DNA of 64,000 bases, taken from positions 16,244,001-16,308,000 of the forward strand of contig OX597821.1 of NCBI GenBank assembly GCA_951406725.2. Reading direction: 5' to 3'. This stretch comes from Octopus vulgaris (Eukaryota). Shown in pieces: positions 27,301 through 41,175 of the stretch. The position numbers and the translations under genes were made by a program. Each line of letters begins with the position of its first letter. Position 1 is the first letter of the stretch. The notes beneath the pieces are model-generated. The model had not been told where the DNA came from. It did no database searches and saw only the letters and a program-made list of their open reading frames with translations.

Positions 27301-27800
27301 GATATATATATATATACAAGATATGTAAGTATATATATAAAAGAAGAGTGTATATCATCATCATCATCATCATCTGTGGTAGATAAGCGCGTATAACATA
27401 ATTTCACACATCCCAGGCGTTCCCCAATTTTGAGAGGCCTAAATTGAAAAAATGCAGAATATAACTGCACCTGACCCTGAATCCTCTAGCGAAAAGTTTC
27501 ACTCATTTTCATGAGTAGAAACCAAGAAGTACTAATGATACTGTTTCCTATCTATACCGACGTGTAATGTTTTCGAGTATACATTGTCTGGGAGACTTTT
27601 CTTAAAGTAGAAGAAATGGCTTAATTCTTTGGCTGCTATTTCTAAAAGTTCGATGTGTGGTAAAGCAATTTTTGGGCTGAACCCTATTATATAAAATAAT
27701 GCTTAAATTTACCGTTAAATGGTCCTTTTACATACTGAACACTGCTTGGTAAAATTATTAATTACTAATTAATTAATTAATGTTATCCTTATTATTATTA

Positions 27801-27875
<75 letters not shown>

Positions 27876-28759
27876 CACACACACACACCTACATATAACA
27901 GTTACGGTTCAGTAAAAGGCAACATAAATACCCGATTATAAAAATAAGTGCTGCAGTCGATTTGTTCCTCTGAGCTGTTAAAAGCGGTGACCCACCATAA
28001 CAGTAGCCTAGTGAGTCAAAAGACAGACGGACGCACGAACGAACGCGTGCACACACTCACACACACAATACAGAGTGCAAGAGTTTAAGAGAGGGAACAT
28101 GATAGAGAGAGGTTTGCATACAACGCTACTTACACGTGTACGCTGCGAATTGTATAAATTATTATAGAACTGAATAGAATACTACATGGTACCTGTTGTG
28201 ATTCTCTGCGCGCGGAGTTCAGGTACCTTTCAAGTCAATTTTGTCTTTAGTCCTTTGGGGATCAACAATAAATAAGCGTGCAAGGACGGTAGTTGACGGA
28301 ACAGTGAGAATAGTGAACCGGATGCTTGCGCTACTTTTCTGTTTTTTGTGTCTCAAGATCATATCGCTTCATGATCTTCCTCGCGTGATAGACTCCACCT
28401 GTGGCTCAATTTTACCCCACAGCCTGCTACATTGTTTGTTTTTTTTATTTGTAAAGTTCTCTCTGGTGTCAGCACTGGGACAACATGTCGGATTTACGAA
28501 TAATTTCTTTCCTCCATTCTACTACTCCGTTCATACTGTAAATTGAATAATAACAGCACATTTTCTGTTGGATAGAAGTTTAAAATATGTACGTATACGC
28601 ATGGGCATAGGTGTATGGCAAGAAGCTTTCTCCCCAACCACATTGTTCCGGGTTCTGTCCCACTGTGTGACAACTTAGGTAAGTGTCTTCTACTATAGCT
28701 TCGGACTTAGCAAATCCTCGTGAGTGGATTAAATAGACGGAAACTGAAAGGAGACCGTC

Positions 28760-28837
<78 letters not shown>

Positions 28838-28850
<13 letters not shown>

Positions 28851-29260
28851 TTAGAGACAAAACCACTATTATGCAAATCAAACAAAGAAAGACTTAATCC
28901 AATACATAAAAAATTTATATAAATTAAATAAAATTAAGTTATCCACTACAATTGTTTCTTGTCACTTCTAAGGACATTCATCATGTGGTTTTCAGACCTT
29001 CTATTCAATTTTGAATGGAAGGTCTGAAAACCACCTGATGAATGTCCTTAGAAGTGACAAGAAACAATTGTAGTGGATAACTTAATTTTATTTAATTTAT
29101 ATAAATTTTTATGTATTGGATTAAGTCTTTCTTTGTTTGATTTGCATAATAGTGGTTTTGTCTCTAATTAATATTATATAATATTTTACTATAAAATTGG
29201 ATTCAATCCTAAATCTGATTTTTCCCTGTAAATTTGGATTTATTCCCTAATATTTATTAT
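28838..29260. mobile_element. ~340-bp near-perfect palindrome with tail and hammerhead
   Basis: Arms 28841-29008 / 29011-29177; the tail 29181-29260 matches the reverse complement of 40685-40737. Confidence 0.92.
29031..29076 (+). ncRNA. minimal type I hammerhead ribozyme motif
   Basis: ccac-CTGATGA-atgtc cttagaagt gacaa-GAAA-caattg-T-A-gtgg. Stem I ccac/gtgg; palindromic stem III acaattgt; predicted cut after A29072. The mirror copy at 28943-28988 has C3>A. Confidence 0.75.
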
Positions 29261-29263
29261 TAT

Positions 29264-29294
<31 letters not shown>

Positions 29295-30202
29295 CCACAC
29301 ACACATATATGTATATATATATGCTTATATCTATGTGTGTGTCTTTGCCACTGTGTTCGTCCCCTACAACCGCTTAGCAACTGGAGTTTCTGTATTTACG
29401 TACACTTAACCTAGCTGTTCGGCTGTTGGGACAGATATAATATGTACTATGTTTTAAAGAAAATAAGTCCTGTTCGATTAAAACCGTTCAAGGCGGTGCA
29501 CCTGCACGGCCGCAAGTAAACAACTGAAACAAGTAAAAGAAAAAAAAGGTAAGAAAGATATGGATATCTTCATACTTCTTATGTATATAGTATCGAAATG
29601 TATTTTCTTGCATTTACCTATCCTCCTTTCTCCAGTTATATGCTTTGTCATATTTACTTCCTTTACTGGAGCTGCATCTACCTTGTTCCGTTTTGACTTC
29701 TCATCTATGCTACCATTTCGTGTCAGTTATCATTTTTTTTTTGTTTTTTATCTACGTGCTTTTTTTATGAAACCACCTTGTGGCGTCTTTTTGTCTTCGA
29801 AATAATAGATTTGTTTTGATATTTCCTGACCTGAGTTTACTTCCTTTTGCTTCTGTTCTTCACACGACTCCTTTAGATATAGACAGATTTTTGTATAATG
29901 AGATATAAAGTAAAGATGCAACTCTTGGTGAGGAATAGGTGTGGAAAGACAAGCAAAATATAAAAATCAATCTGTAACGACAAGACGCAAACCTACATTA
30001 TATGTTTTTAGGAAAATATTGATTTTTCATATAGAAGATGGGCAGCCTATATGTGAATGGTGAAAAAAAATACAAATATATAAAATGAAAGTAATGTAGA
30101 CTCATGTAAATATATAAAGTTATATAAACATATAAAAGTATAGGAATCATACATATATATATATATATATATACATATATATGTGGGGGGGTGCAAACAT
30201 AT

Positions 30203-30227
30203 AGACAGACAGACAGACAGACAGACG

Positions 30228-30287
<60 letters not shown>

Positions 30288-30322
30288 TACAGACAGACAT
30301 ACAGACAGACAGACAGATAGAC

Positions 30323-30398
<76 letters not shown>
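30203..30398. repeat. compound (GACA)n-(GATA)n microsatellite
   Basis: Read directly from the sequence. Confidence 0.95.
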
Positions 30399-30400
<2 letters not shown>

Positions 30401-30439
30401 CTGCGCATAAGTATGTGGGACTGTGTGTCTTGAACTTGT

Positions 30440-30608
30440 TTGAAAAAAATGAGAATAAAAGTACTCGATACACGATCTTCGATGCTTAGTCAATTCCGAT
30501 ATCTCGCTATTAACACGATTCTATCTTTCATCTATACATAAGTATACATATACATTTGTATTGTATAGATGAAAGGATAGGACCGTGATATTAGCGAAAT
30601 GTCGGAAT
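30440..30608. mobile_element. fold-back element (46-bp imperfect arms, tail on left)
   Basis: attccgatatctcgctattaacacgattctatctttcatctataca versus tgtatagatgaaaggataggaccgtgatattagcgaaatgtcggaat. The tail motif aaaagtactcgatac resembles the tail at about 24870 in inverted orientation. Confidence 0.75.
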
Positions 30609-31530
30609 ATATATATAAACACACATACATACATAAATAAATACAGAATAATATGTGTCTATGTATGTGTGTGTGTTTACATCTATGTATAAATGAAACA
30701 AGCGTAACAACCACAAAATACTAATATTTCCATAGCGGCGTATGAAATATAAATATAAGTATGTTATATTTTCTCTCCCAATACGTTCTCTACAAAACAG
30801 ATGGAAAATTTCAGAGATTCAAATCGAATGGTAATAACGAATCAATCAATATTTTCTTCAAAGTATACTTTACCAGTCACTTAAAACTTATGTTAGCCCC
30901 TGACGTTGGAACAAAGATTGCTTCGTTATTTTTATTTCGAAAACGTTCCATTGTGTGGAAACAAAAGATTTTGCTATACAATATTGTATTATTATGCAGT
31001 GTGCCTTGTCCAAAATCTTTAATGGATTTAGCACTAAAACGAACGACCATTTCTTACTGTTATGGTTCATCGCATAAGAAATATGAAAACGTCAAAAGAA
31101 TTATATGCTTCTTATGTATCTTCCATTTATATTTATTTGTATAACCTCCAATAAGGGTCTCGTGTATCTTCAGTATTGACATCAGATTAAGAAAACATTT
31201 TTTTTAAATGATGCATAGTTGTTCATGGAACGAAAATAGCAGTAACTATTTATAAATCATATTTATAAACAATTTACTGTCATTTTCTTCCGTTACAGTC
31301 CTGATACTCAAGTATATAGATTTGTAAGTAGTATTATCTTGTTATTAAAATCTTCTTGTAAAATTCAAAGAAGTTTACATACTATTATAAGTGCAGTATT
31401 GACAAGAAAATATAATGGAGTGTAAGAGGAGAATAGTGGTTCCTTAAATTTCTTTAGGAATGGTTTAATGTTCATTTCTGCAGTCAATTATACAACAGAT
31501 CTCATTTTAAATTGCTACATTTCAATACGT

Positions 31531-31835
31531 GGAGGCGCAATGGCCCAGTGGTTAGGGCAGCGAACTCGCGGTCGTAGGATCGCGGTTTCGATTCCCAGAC
31601 CGGGCGTTGTGTGTGTTTATTGAGCGAAAACACCTAAAAAGCTCCACCAGGCTCCGGCAGGGGTTGGTGAACCCTGCTGTACTCTTTCACCACTCTTCCT
31701 CTCACTCTTTCTTCTGTTGGCCTGCTCGCTTAGCCAGCGGAGTGGCGTCATTCGAAGGCTAAAACAATGCGAATGCATTGTGACCAGCGATGTGTAGCAA
31801 CATCTGATAGTCTGCTCGGTCACGTGATCACGTGA
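31531..31835 (+). mobile_element. tRNA-derived SINE, family C (full length)
   Basis: ggaggcgcaatggcccagtggttagg (A box)...ggtttcgattccc (B box)...ends tcacgtgatcacgtga. Confidence 0.9.
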
Positions 31836-32159
31836 CATTTCAATACAAAGAATCAGAAAGCAAGGATGTAAAAGGTAAAAACAGGAAAAAGAGGCTAAAG
31901 CAGGAGATGTATGGGAAGGAGCAATGGCCCACATACCCCGGAACAAAGGGTGGTGTCGTCAGCCGTGCCTCACGGTAATGACTGCGACGGACTTGGCGAC
32001 CGAGAATAAGCAATGCTACTAGTTGCAGCAATAATTCCAGTACACCGGGCTTATTTCACCGACGGGCCTCCATTATTCTGACTTTGTTAAGGAAATCGGT
32101 AGTACGGGGTTCGAGAATATCTGATGTTTCCTCGGCCTCGAGCACAAACTGATAGTGAC

Positions 32160-32476
32160 TACACTTCTATATTTAAGGGATGAGGAATTATGTACATTAT
32201 TTACATTATTTACAATTGACGGATATTTGTCCTCATCACGTTTCGGTTGATATACACGCCAGCCCTCATCAGGTGTCATTACTAAGGTATTTTCGATTTT
32301 GTTTTTGTTGTTATTATTATTATTATTATTCAGGTCACTGCCTGGAATCGAACTCCGAATCTTGGGGTTAGTAACTCGCGTTCTTAACCATATGGCGTAA
32401 TGGTTAAGGGTGCAGGCTATAACACCCAACAATCCGAGTGCGATTCTAGTCAGTGACTTGAATAACAACAGCAACG

Positions 32477-32512
<36 letters not shown>

Positions 32513-32660
32513 CCGAGAAATACCTTAGGAATGAGAACGCAGGTTCGAAAATTCCCCAAGACACCTAATGAAAGCTGGAAGCTATATCAGCCGAAAAGTT
32601 GTGTTAACAACAAACAAGATGAGGACAAATATCCGTCAAATGTAAATAATGTAAATAATG
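32160..32660. mobile_element. head-to-head pair of tRNA-headed SINE-like units with hammerhead-like tails and a 10-bp TSD
   Basis: A box tggcgtaatgg at 32393-32403; B box gagttcgattcca (minus, 32343-32355); HHR-like motifs at 32238-32277 (-) and 32560-32605 (+); tgatagtgac duplicated at 32150-32159 and 32661-32670. Confidence 0.85.
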
Positions 32661-33919
32661 TGATAGTGACCAGTTTGACACCTGCATTTATTGATATTTC
32701 TCTCCTCTGCGTTACGAGCTTGATACCTGGGTTTCCATCCGATATAGCAAAATTGGAGCCGGTAAATGCGTAGTTACACGTCGCGTTCCACACTAAGAAT
32801 TAGCCTTCCTCGGATGGGTAGAGTATAACCCTGTGGGGACGCTTACCTTCCCCGCGATCGAGACCTGCTAGTTCTAGTTGAGACGAGAATCCTGCCTCAT
32901 TGAACCCCCCTTCTAACTATGTCATTCTAACTATGTCATATGCGACGGAAACGGAACACCATACAAATCTCTCAAATATACTCATGTCACGTTAGATGAT
33001 TACGCTCTAGTTTACTACCACAATATAGATAGCTTTTTGCTATGTAACTGAATTTCATCATACAAGAGAATCTAGATTACATTGGGTACAGAGATAGTAT
33101 CGTTAAAACTTTATTTTGATGATCCACCATTTTATGCCCACAATACGTGTTTTGCAATTATCAGCAACAAGGCAATCAAGATATCAAAGTCAAAACGAAC
33201 GTTATTGTTTCATTACTATCAATAAATACCTGACATATAAAAACAGCACTGTATTTTCGAAGACGCAAACCAAATATGAAGTATTGTTACCTGAAAAATA
33301 CAAAACAAAATACAAATTGTCAGTAACAGTTTAAAACATTCAGCTGTTTTCAAGTTAACACTCTATATAATACAGTGGTATCAGAGAAATATACATACAT
33401 TCATAAATGGCATCTGTGAAGTTACTTGGCGTAAAAAAGTACATCACTTTCCCAACGCTTGCAAATGTGCACGCAGGCACACACAGACACACACACACAT
33501 ACACACACACACACACAGAGAACACTACAAAACGCAAGGACATACAAACACTCAAATACACACATGCGCATACAAGCAAACGCAAATATAGGTATATACA
33601 AGTGAAAATCGAGGGGGAACATGATAATAAAGGGAAATTTAACAAGAATTTCACAGATACCAGCAAAACAGTGACGAAATAACGGTCTAAACAATTTGGA
33701 ATCCATCCCTCTGGATGAACTAGTGATTGTGAAAATCAATTTGGTCATACACGTTAGAGAGAAAATGACTTAGAATATGAAGGATATTAACGGAAAACTA
33801 TGTTCACATTCACGTAATGACCTTAAGTATACATGCGTATATGCATGCGTGTGCGGGAATGTTTGAATGCATATACATATATATACATATATATATATAC
33901 ATATATATATATACATATA

Positions 33920-34037
33920 TACGTTTAAATATTTGTTGTGCAAGATTTTTTATGTGAAGTCGTGTGTTGAAACAGATATTGTTATATTTCGGAATGGTCA
34001 TATTGCCAGTTTAGCCAATTCCGAAATATAACAATAT
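33920..34037. mobile_element. small fold-back element
   Basis: atattgttatatttcggaat / 22-nt loop / attccgaaatataacaatat (33976-34037). The same arm occurs at 19318-19344. Confidence 0.75.
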
Positions 34038-35209
<1,172 letters not shown>

Positions 35210-35229
35210 CAATATTGGTATCGATTGTA

Positions 35230-35900
35230 ATCGTAGAACCAAGTGGATTAAGTCTGTGAATTAGGCTTGCCCATTTGCACCGCTAGAGATGGCTACAAGA
35301 GTGGCGGGGAAATCTCCTTTATGGTGACCAGTATAAATCATACTATGAGATTGCGGATATACGTGCTGTTGAATTCTCCAATTGCCATGTTCAAGGAGCC
35401 CGCCGGGTTTGTTTGTGTAACACAAGCCGAACCTTTATTAAACTGCATGATTTTTCTAGCCTGCGTTATTACTTTTATATCCAAATCACTAACGTCAGCA
35501 AATTTACTAGCGAACATAAGTACCTCAACTAGTAACCCGATCGATATAAACGGTTAAAAATCTACTATATTGAATTAGGAGAACCTGGCCCTGCCTCTAC
35601 CCTGGTTTGCCTTAAATCCATGGGAATTACGCTATAAGGAGAGACTGGATGTTATCTCTATGTCATCGTTGATCTTTCTCACAATATGCTAATCAGCCGG
35701 ATTTCTAATTTTGGTAATAAATCAATTAGCATTTGGCGTTGGAAGCGAAGTTCCATTTGTGATCTTTTAATGTTGATACAAGCATTTCTCTTCGCTAACG
35801 ACTCAAACCTATAGGGTATCCCTAGATTGCTGGTTAACTGATCGGGCCCGTTACTTATACTATTGTATGTGTGCAGAGAAGCCCGTCATTAACTTTGTGT
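35230..35900 (-). pseudogene. highly degraded CR1/L2-like RT
   Basis: Minus-strand fragments in the expected order: LTSNLG..FESL, G*RQGQVL, FLTVYID, KFADV, YWSP*; many stops and frameshifts. Confidence 0.55.
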
Positions 35901-37491
35901 GATGATATTATCTAACAGCCTATCATATGTGCAGGCGTCTACTTTGCATGTTTTGTTTATTGATTTACTCATTTTTTTTATCAGAGATCAGTAAAACCTT
36001 ATCTGTATATTTAGTAGTCATATATCAGAAGAAACCTTGCGCTGGATAAGGTTGGAGAACTTACGGAATCTCAATTTGGTGATTACGCCCTGTAGGTTTG
36101 TTTCGAAGGCTTCAAGATCTTTGGTTTTGGATGAGGAACATCGGGATTTCAAGTGTACCTTTTTGCCCCAGACGATTATATAGCTTGGTCATAGAAGTAT
36201 GTCTCTCATCTAATGCACCTTATAATGTCGACAATCTTCTTAACTCGTATCTACATAGTTAGTTCGATTGATGGTGTGCGTATAATTTTCGTTGAGTTAC
36301 TAACAACGTATAATTCCATGCACGTACATGGGCACAGACGATGCAGCATTTATAAAGCTCAAACCACACGGTAGCCTATTGCAACATATCCTGCGACCGA
36401 GGATCGTGGAAAAACGGTCAGATGTTCATAAGTCCGAAAAAAGCACTCTAAAATGTTTTTCTGAGTAGTAATATTTTTATCTAGTCGTTGGTTATGGCCA
36501 GTCAGAAAGCTACCATTGATTTCAAGTCTATTATTACTGTTTTTAATAGAGGTGACTCATCGGATTTGTTGTTCAAAGACACATAATCTCATTAGATTAT
36601 GTGCCTCTTTATCATTATACAGAGATACCAGTGATGCTTAACTTAATACAACGCTCGGTAAGAATTTTAGGTTTTGTGGGTTTTAACAGTTCAGCTATTA
36701 AATCATCGACTTAGCATTGCACTCTTATCAGCTGGATAAATAACAATAAGTATCTGATTTGATTTAATCTAACATACATCACTTCTAAACCATAATGCAA
36801 CACGAAGTTTATATGTCAGTAGATATTTATATTAATTTCAAATTTCTGAGAATGATCGAACTTGCAAATTATGTGACGTACACGCACCATCATCATTGCC
36901 AAATAGCTATGAATTTTAATACCATACCTGAAATGTCCGGTGGCATATATATTAGTATAACTCTTCAAAATCACTCGCCATTAACTTTGTGATCGTTTTT
37001 CCATTTAGAAAGTATGTTGAAAAATGACATCTATATTTAGTTAGAAATACAATCTCACACCAAACAACGCTTGTTACAAAATAAGATTTCACTTAGTTAT
37101 AGTGACACTACTTATAGTAAATGAGCAACATCTAATATTTCAGATTGCTACTTGTATTATTCACGTCATGCAAAGCGTTAGATATATATAGTTAGATTCT
37201 CCATAAAAGAAGAACATAGAATATACAGTCAAAACATGAAAAACAAATATTACAACGAAAGAAATATATCAGACCTAAGCATAACATGACCTAAGCATAA
37301 CATTTATGAGTTTCTCATCTACTTTATCATTATTAGTTGTCACATACCGAACTAATGAAGATATAGCTAAAGTAATTTGACAGTTGATATCTTTAGCCAT
37401 GTGATTTAAATAGGAATACACGTCAATGAGATTTAACTTACAAGTTTCTTTCCCTAAAACGTTCTGGCTAGAGACGACATTTTTGTGTACA

Positions 37492-37531
<40 letters not shown>

Positions 37532-37685
37532 GGAAATATTAAATATGTGTTTGAGCAATTATTATTTGGCTTTGCATAATCTATACATATATTCATTATT
37601 TACTGTGTAATATTTCAAGAGTATATATAGAGAGATATACACACAAATATACATATATGTACATGCATACATAAATATAAATACA

Positions 37686-38441
37686 CTAGCAGTATCACCC
37701 GGTGTTGCTCGGGTTTGTAAGGGAAATAACTATAAAGCATTTTTAGAGAGTTATAGCCAAAAAATAGCAAAAAAATGGAAATAAAATTATGGTAAATTTT
37801 TTTGAGAGTTAAAAAAGGTGGAGTTGCGTCCCCTAGACGGTCTGTGGTTTGTGTTTCTGATTCTCGACTCCATGTCGAATTTATCGATTTTTTTCAGAAC
37901 TGGGGGAACTTTTCAAAATGTTCGCTGCGTTAGTTTTGAATTATGACATTGGGCTATGTGTGTGTCAAGTTTCATCAGAATCGGTTGAAAGCCGTGGTCA
38001 GGGTGAGGGTACAACCTGACAGACACACAGACAGACAAACTGCCGTTTATATATATACTAGCAGTATCGCCCGGCGTTGCTCAGGTTTGTAAGGGAAATA
38101 ACTATAAAGCATTTTTAGAGAGTTATAGCCAAAAAATAGCAAAAAAATGGAAAAAAATGATGGTAAATTTTTTTTTTAGTTAAAAAAAGGTGGAGTTGCG
38201 TCCCCTAGACAGTTTGCGGGTTGTGTTTCTGATTCTCGACCCCATGTCGAATTTATCGATTTTTTTCAGAACTGGGGGAACTTTTCAAAATTTTCGCTGC
38301 GTTAGTTTTGAATTATGACATTGGGCTATGTGTGTGTCAAGTTTCATCAGAATCGGTTGAAAGCCGTGGTCAGGGTGAGGGTACAAGCAAACAGACACAC
38401 AGAAACACGCACAGACAAACTGCCGTTTATATATAGAGAGA
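37686..38441 (-). mobile_element. head-to-tail tandem pair of non-autonomous Helitrons (~372-bp unit)
   Basis: Minus strand starts a|TCtctctatatataaac. Each unit ends with a hairpin (cccgagcaacaccggg / cctgagcaacgccggg) then gatactgCTAG|t. Units 37686-38057 and 38058-38441. Confidence 0.85.
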
Positions 38442-38527
38442 TATATAGACACACACGCAGGCACGCACTCATACAGGCACGCATGCAGGTACACAGACAC
38501 AGACACACACAGACACACCCACACACC

Positions 38528-38576
<49 letters not shown>

Positions 38577-39123
38577 GATACATGTGTGCATATATAAGAA
38601 ATATGTATATGTATGTATATATATATATATATATTCACACATACAAACTCTGGTTCGCAGCTGGAACTACAGAACAGCAAATATTATGTTAATCATATAA
38701 ATACTTACACTGATAGATAGGGATACATACATACATACATAATTATTGCATTCATAATTGCTGCTGTGACTATTCTGTTATTTTCAGCATAACCGGGACT
38801 TACATTTCTCAATGCATACCTTCCTTGTTGATTTATCGAATACCCTTGGGCGGGACTCTGTTGCCATATCGTTTAAATTAAGCATTTCCAGTTCAAATTC
38901 TGAATTTATTTTATATGCTTTGTTAGGAATATAGACTCCAGGCACATTGCAATCATCACGTCTTCATCCGCCCTTTGAACTGAGTAATGACAATTGGCCT
39001 TGAATTTTATTGCAAACTGATTTTCCATCGGTATTGATTAGCCTTCGTCTCTTAGCACGCATTCAGGAAGAGCTTAGAATGTGTATATAAGCATGTGTGC
39101 GATTTGTGTACGTACTAGTGTGC

Positions 39124-39165
<42 letters not shown>

Positions 39166-39352
39166 AGATGAGTGTATTTTTCCTTTGTTAACAATTAACA
39201 CAGAAAAAATATATAAATAGGTACCAGGGTAGCAAAAATCACACAAGTAAAGAGGGTATAACTCCTTGTTTTCAAATAAATAATATCAATGAAATCTCCG
39301 AAACATATGTCGGAAGTAAATGTATTTGAATTATACCTGCTTAAAATCCATT

Positions 39353-39466
<114 letters not shown>

Positions 39467-40207
39467 CATATCCATATATGTACATGTGTGTGGTTGTATG
39501 CAGAGCTGGCGCTAGGAAGTACGCAGCCCAATTAGACAATTGTCAGTGGGGTCTGCTATTATGTAAAAGTTGAAAATTGACACTCTATGGTTTGCGTATA
39601 CGCCAGTCCAAACCATAAAGCGCGGTGAGCCTGAGGCACCATCATTAGCCACTATGATATAGTAAAAATTAATCATAGCGCCCTTTGTTCGCTTGGGGGT
39701 CTTCGCTTTGTGCGGAACTCAATTTGAACAAAACGAGTTTTATACTTTAGATAATAATTTATAACTTATAACAATGGCTGTTAATTATGCGCCAACCCAA
39801 TACATATACATACTTATATACATACATACATACATACATACATACTTACATACACACACGCATATATATATATATATATATATATAATAGAAACCTTTGA
39901 CTCTGTAACACTGTATATAAATTCTCTACTTGGAATGACCAAGTTTCAAGACTGCTGGATCTCATTCATAAGAGAATCTTACAATGTCTATAAACTCTAT
40001 ATTTGGAAGGACCCATTTTAAACTCTGTTGGACTTTTGGACTTTACTCCTAGAGTATTGGAACATTACATATATACCATTCTGCCTTAAAAAATGAATTT
40101 ACAACTTCAATATCCCTACATATCTTGTATCTATTTTCTTTCCTCCACCTCACTCTCTATTTTGTATCACATCTAAACTAACAATGACTTAATCATCTTC
40201 TCATACC

Positions 40208-40259
40208 GTCTCCGATGAAGGGATATAATTAATGAATATCCTGAAAACAGTTGTATGAC
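40208..40259 (+). ncRNA. degenerate hammerhead-like motif in a PLE-like 3' remnant
   Basis: gtct-CCGATGA-agggatat...atatcct-GAAA-acagttg-T-A-tgac. Upstream 39961-40023 translates KRILQCL*TLYLEGPILN, reminiscent of a GIY-YIG C-terminus. Confidence 0.45.
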
Positions 40260-40326
40260 TTATCTATAACTGTTCTAATATCTACACAGCCTTGGTTTTT
40301 TATCTCATTACGCAGGTGTGTGTGTG

Positions 40327-40361
<35 letters not shown>

Positions 40362-40684
40362 ATGTTAGTAATTTTATCAAGTTCTTGGTTACAAATTCCA
40401 TTAAAATTACATTGTTCCATTAAGCACATTTAATTGAGGCGAAGCTAACGAATATAAATGTGTTTTGTTGTTACTGAATGATTAATGGATTATGTTCATT
40501 TATCAATTCGTCTCGAATATTTCATATAAAACTGTAAATGTTTGTAATTCTGATGTAAGGCTGCGTGAATCGAAGGATCAAATGAGATGATGTTTTTTTT
40601 TCATCAATAAGTGATATGCGATTTCTTGTAGACCTGTTGATTACTTGCGATTAAAATGTCGAAAACTTCGAACTTACATTTTAC

Positions 40685-41175
40685 TTACAGGGAAAAATTA
40701 GATTTAGGATTAAATCTAGTTTTACAGTATAAATATAAATTAAATTAGAGATAAAACCACTATTAGGCAAATCAAACAGTGAAAAACATAAACCAAAACT
40801 GAAATAAAAAATAATTAATATAATATACAAAATGTATAAAATACAAAATTTAAATTATTTAAATTTAATGTTAAAAATTTAAAATTATTAATTAATTTTT
40901 ATATTTATAAATCTATATATATATATATTTATTTTTATTATTTATTTATTTATTTATTTAATAATTTTTTATACATATAACTATCAAAAAATATTAAAAG
41001 TTTAATATAAGATAAAAAGTACTTTTTAACTTTAAATTTAAATAATTTAAATTTTAAATTTTGTATTTTATATTTTATATATTTTGTATATTATATTAAT
41101 TATTTTTATTCTATGTTTTGGTTTATGTTTTTCACTGTTTGATTTGCCTAATAGTGGTTTTATCTCTAATTTAAT
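40685..41175. mobile_element. fold-back element of the same family as 28838-29260, opposite orientation
   Basis: Arms taaattagagataaaaccactattaggcaaatcaaac.. (40741) and ..gtttgatttgcctaatagtggttttatctctaattta (41173); AT-rich spacer; no hammerhead. Confidence 0.85.

Larger units (their letters stand above)
28603..29540 (+). mobile_element. SINE family A split by a palindromic insertion
   Basis: Head 28603-28760 and 3' half 29335-29540 flank the 28838-29260 element, which sits in the SINE's internal TA tract. Confidence 0.8.

Noticed and set aside
31531-31605. tRNA-like sequences at SINE heads (also 20430-20508, 32393-32455, 45290-45362)
   Set aside because: They have A and B boxes but no full cloverleaf or acceptor stem and continue into SINE bodies; they are not tRNA genes.
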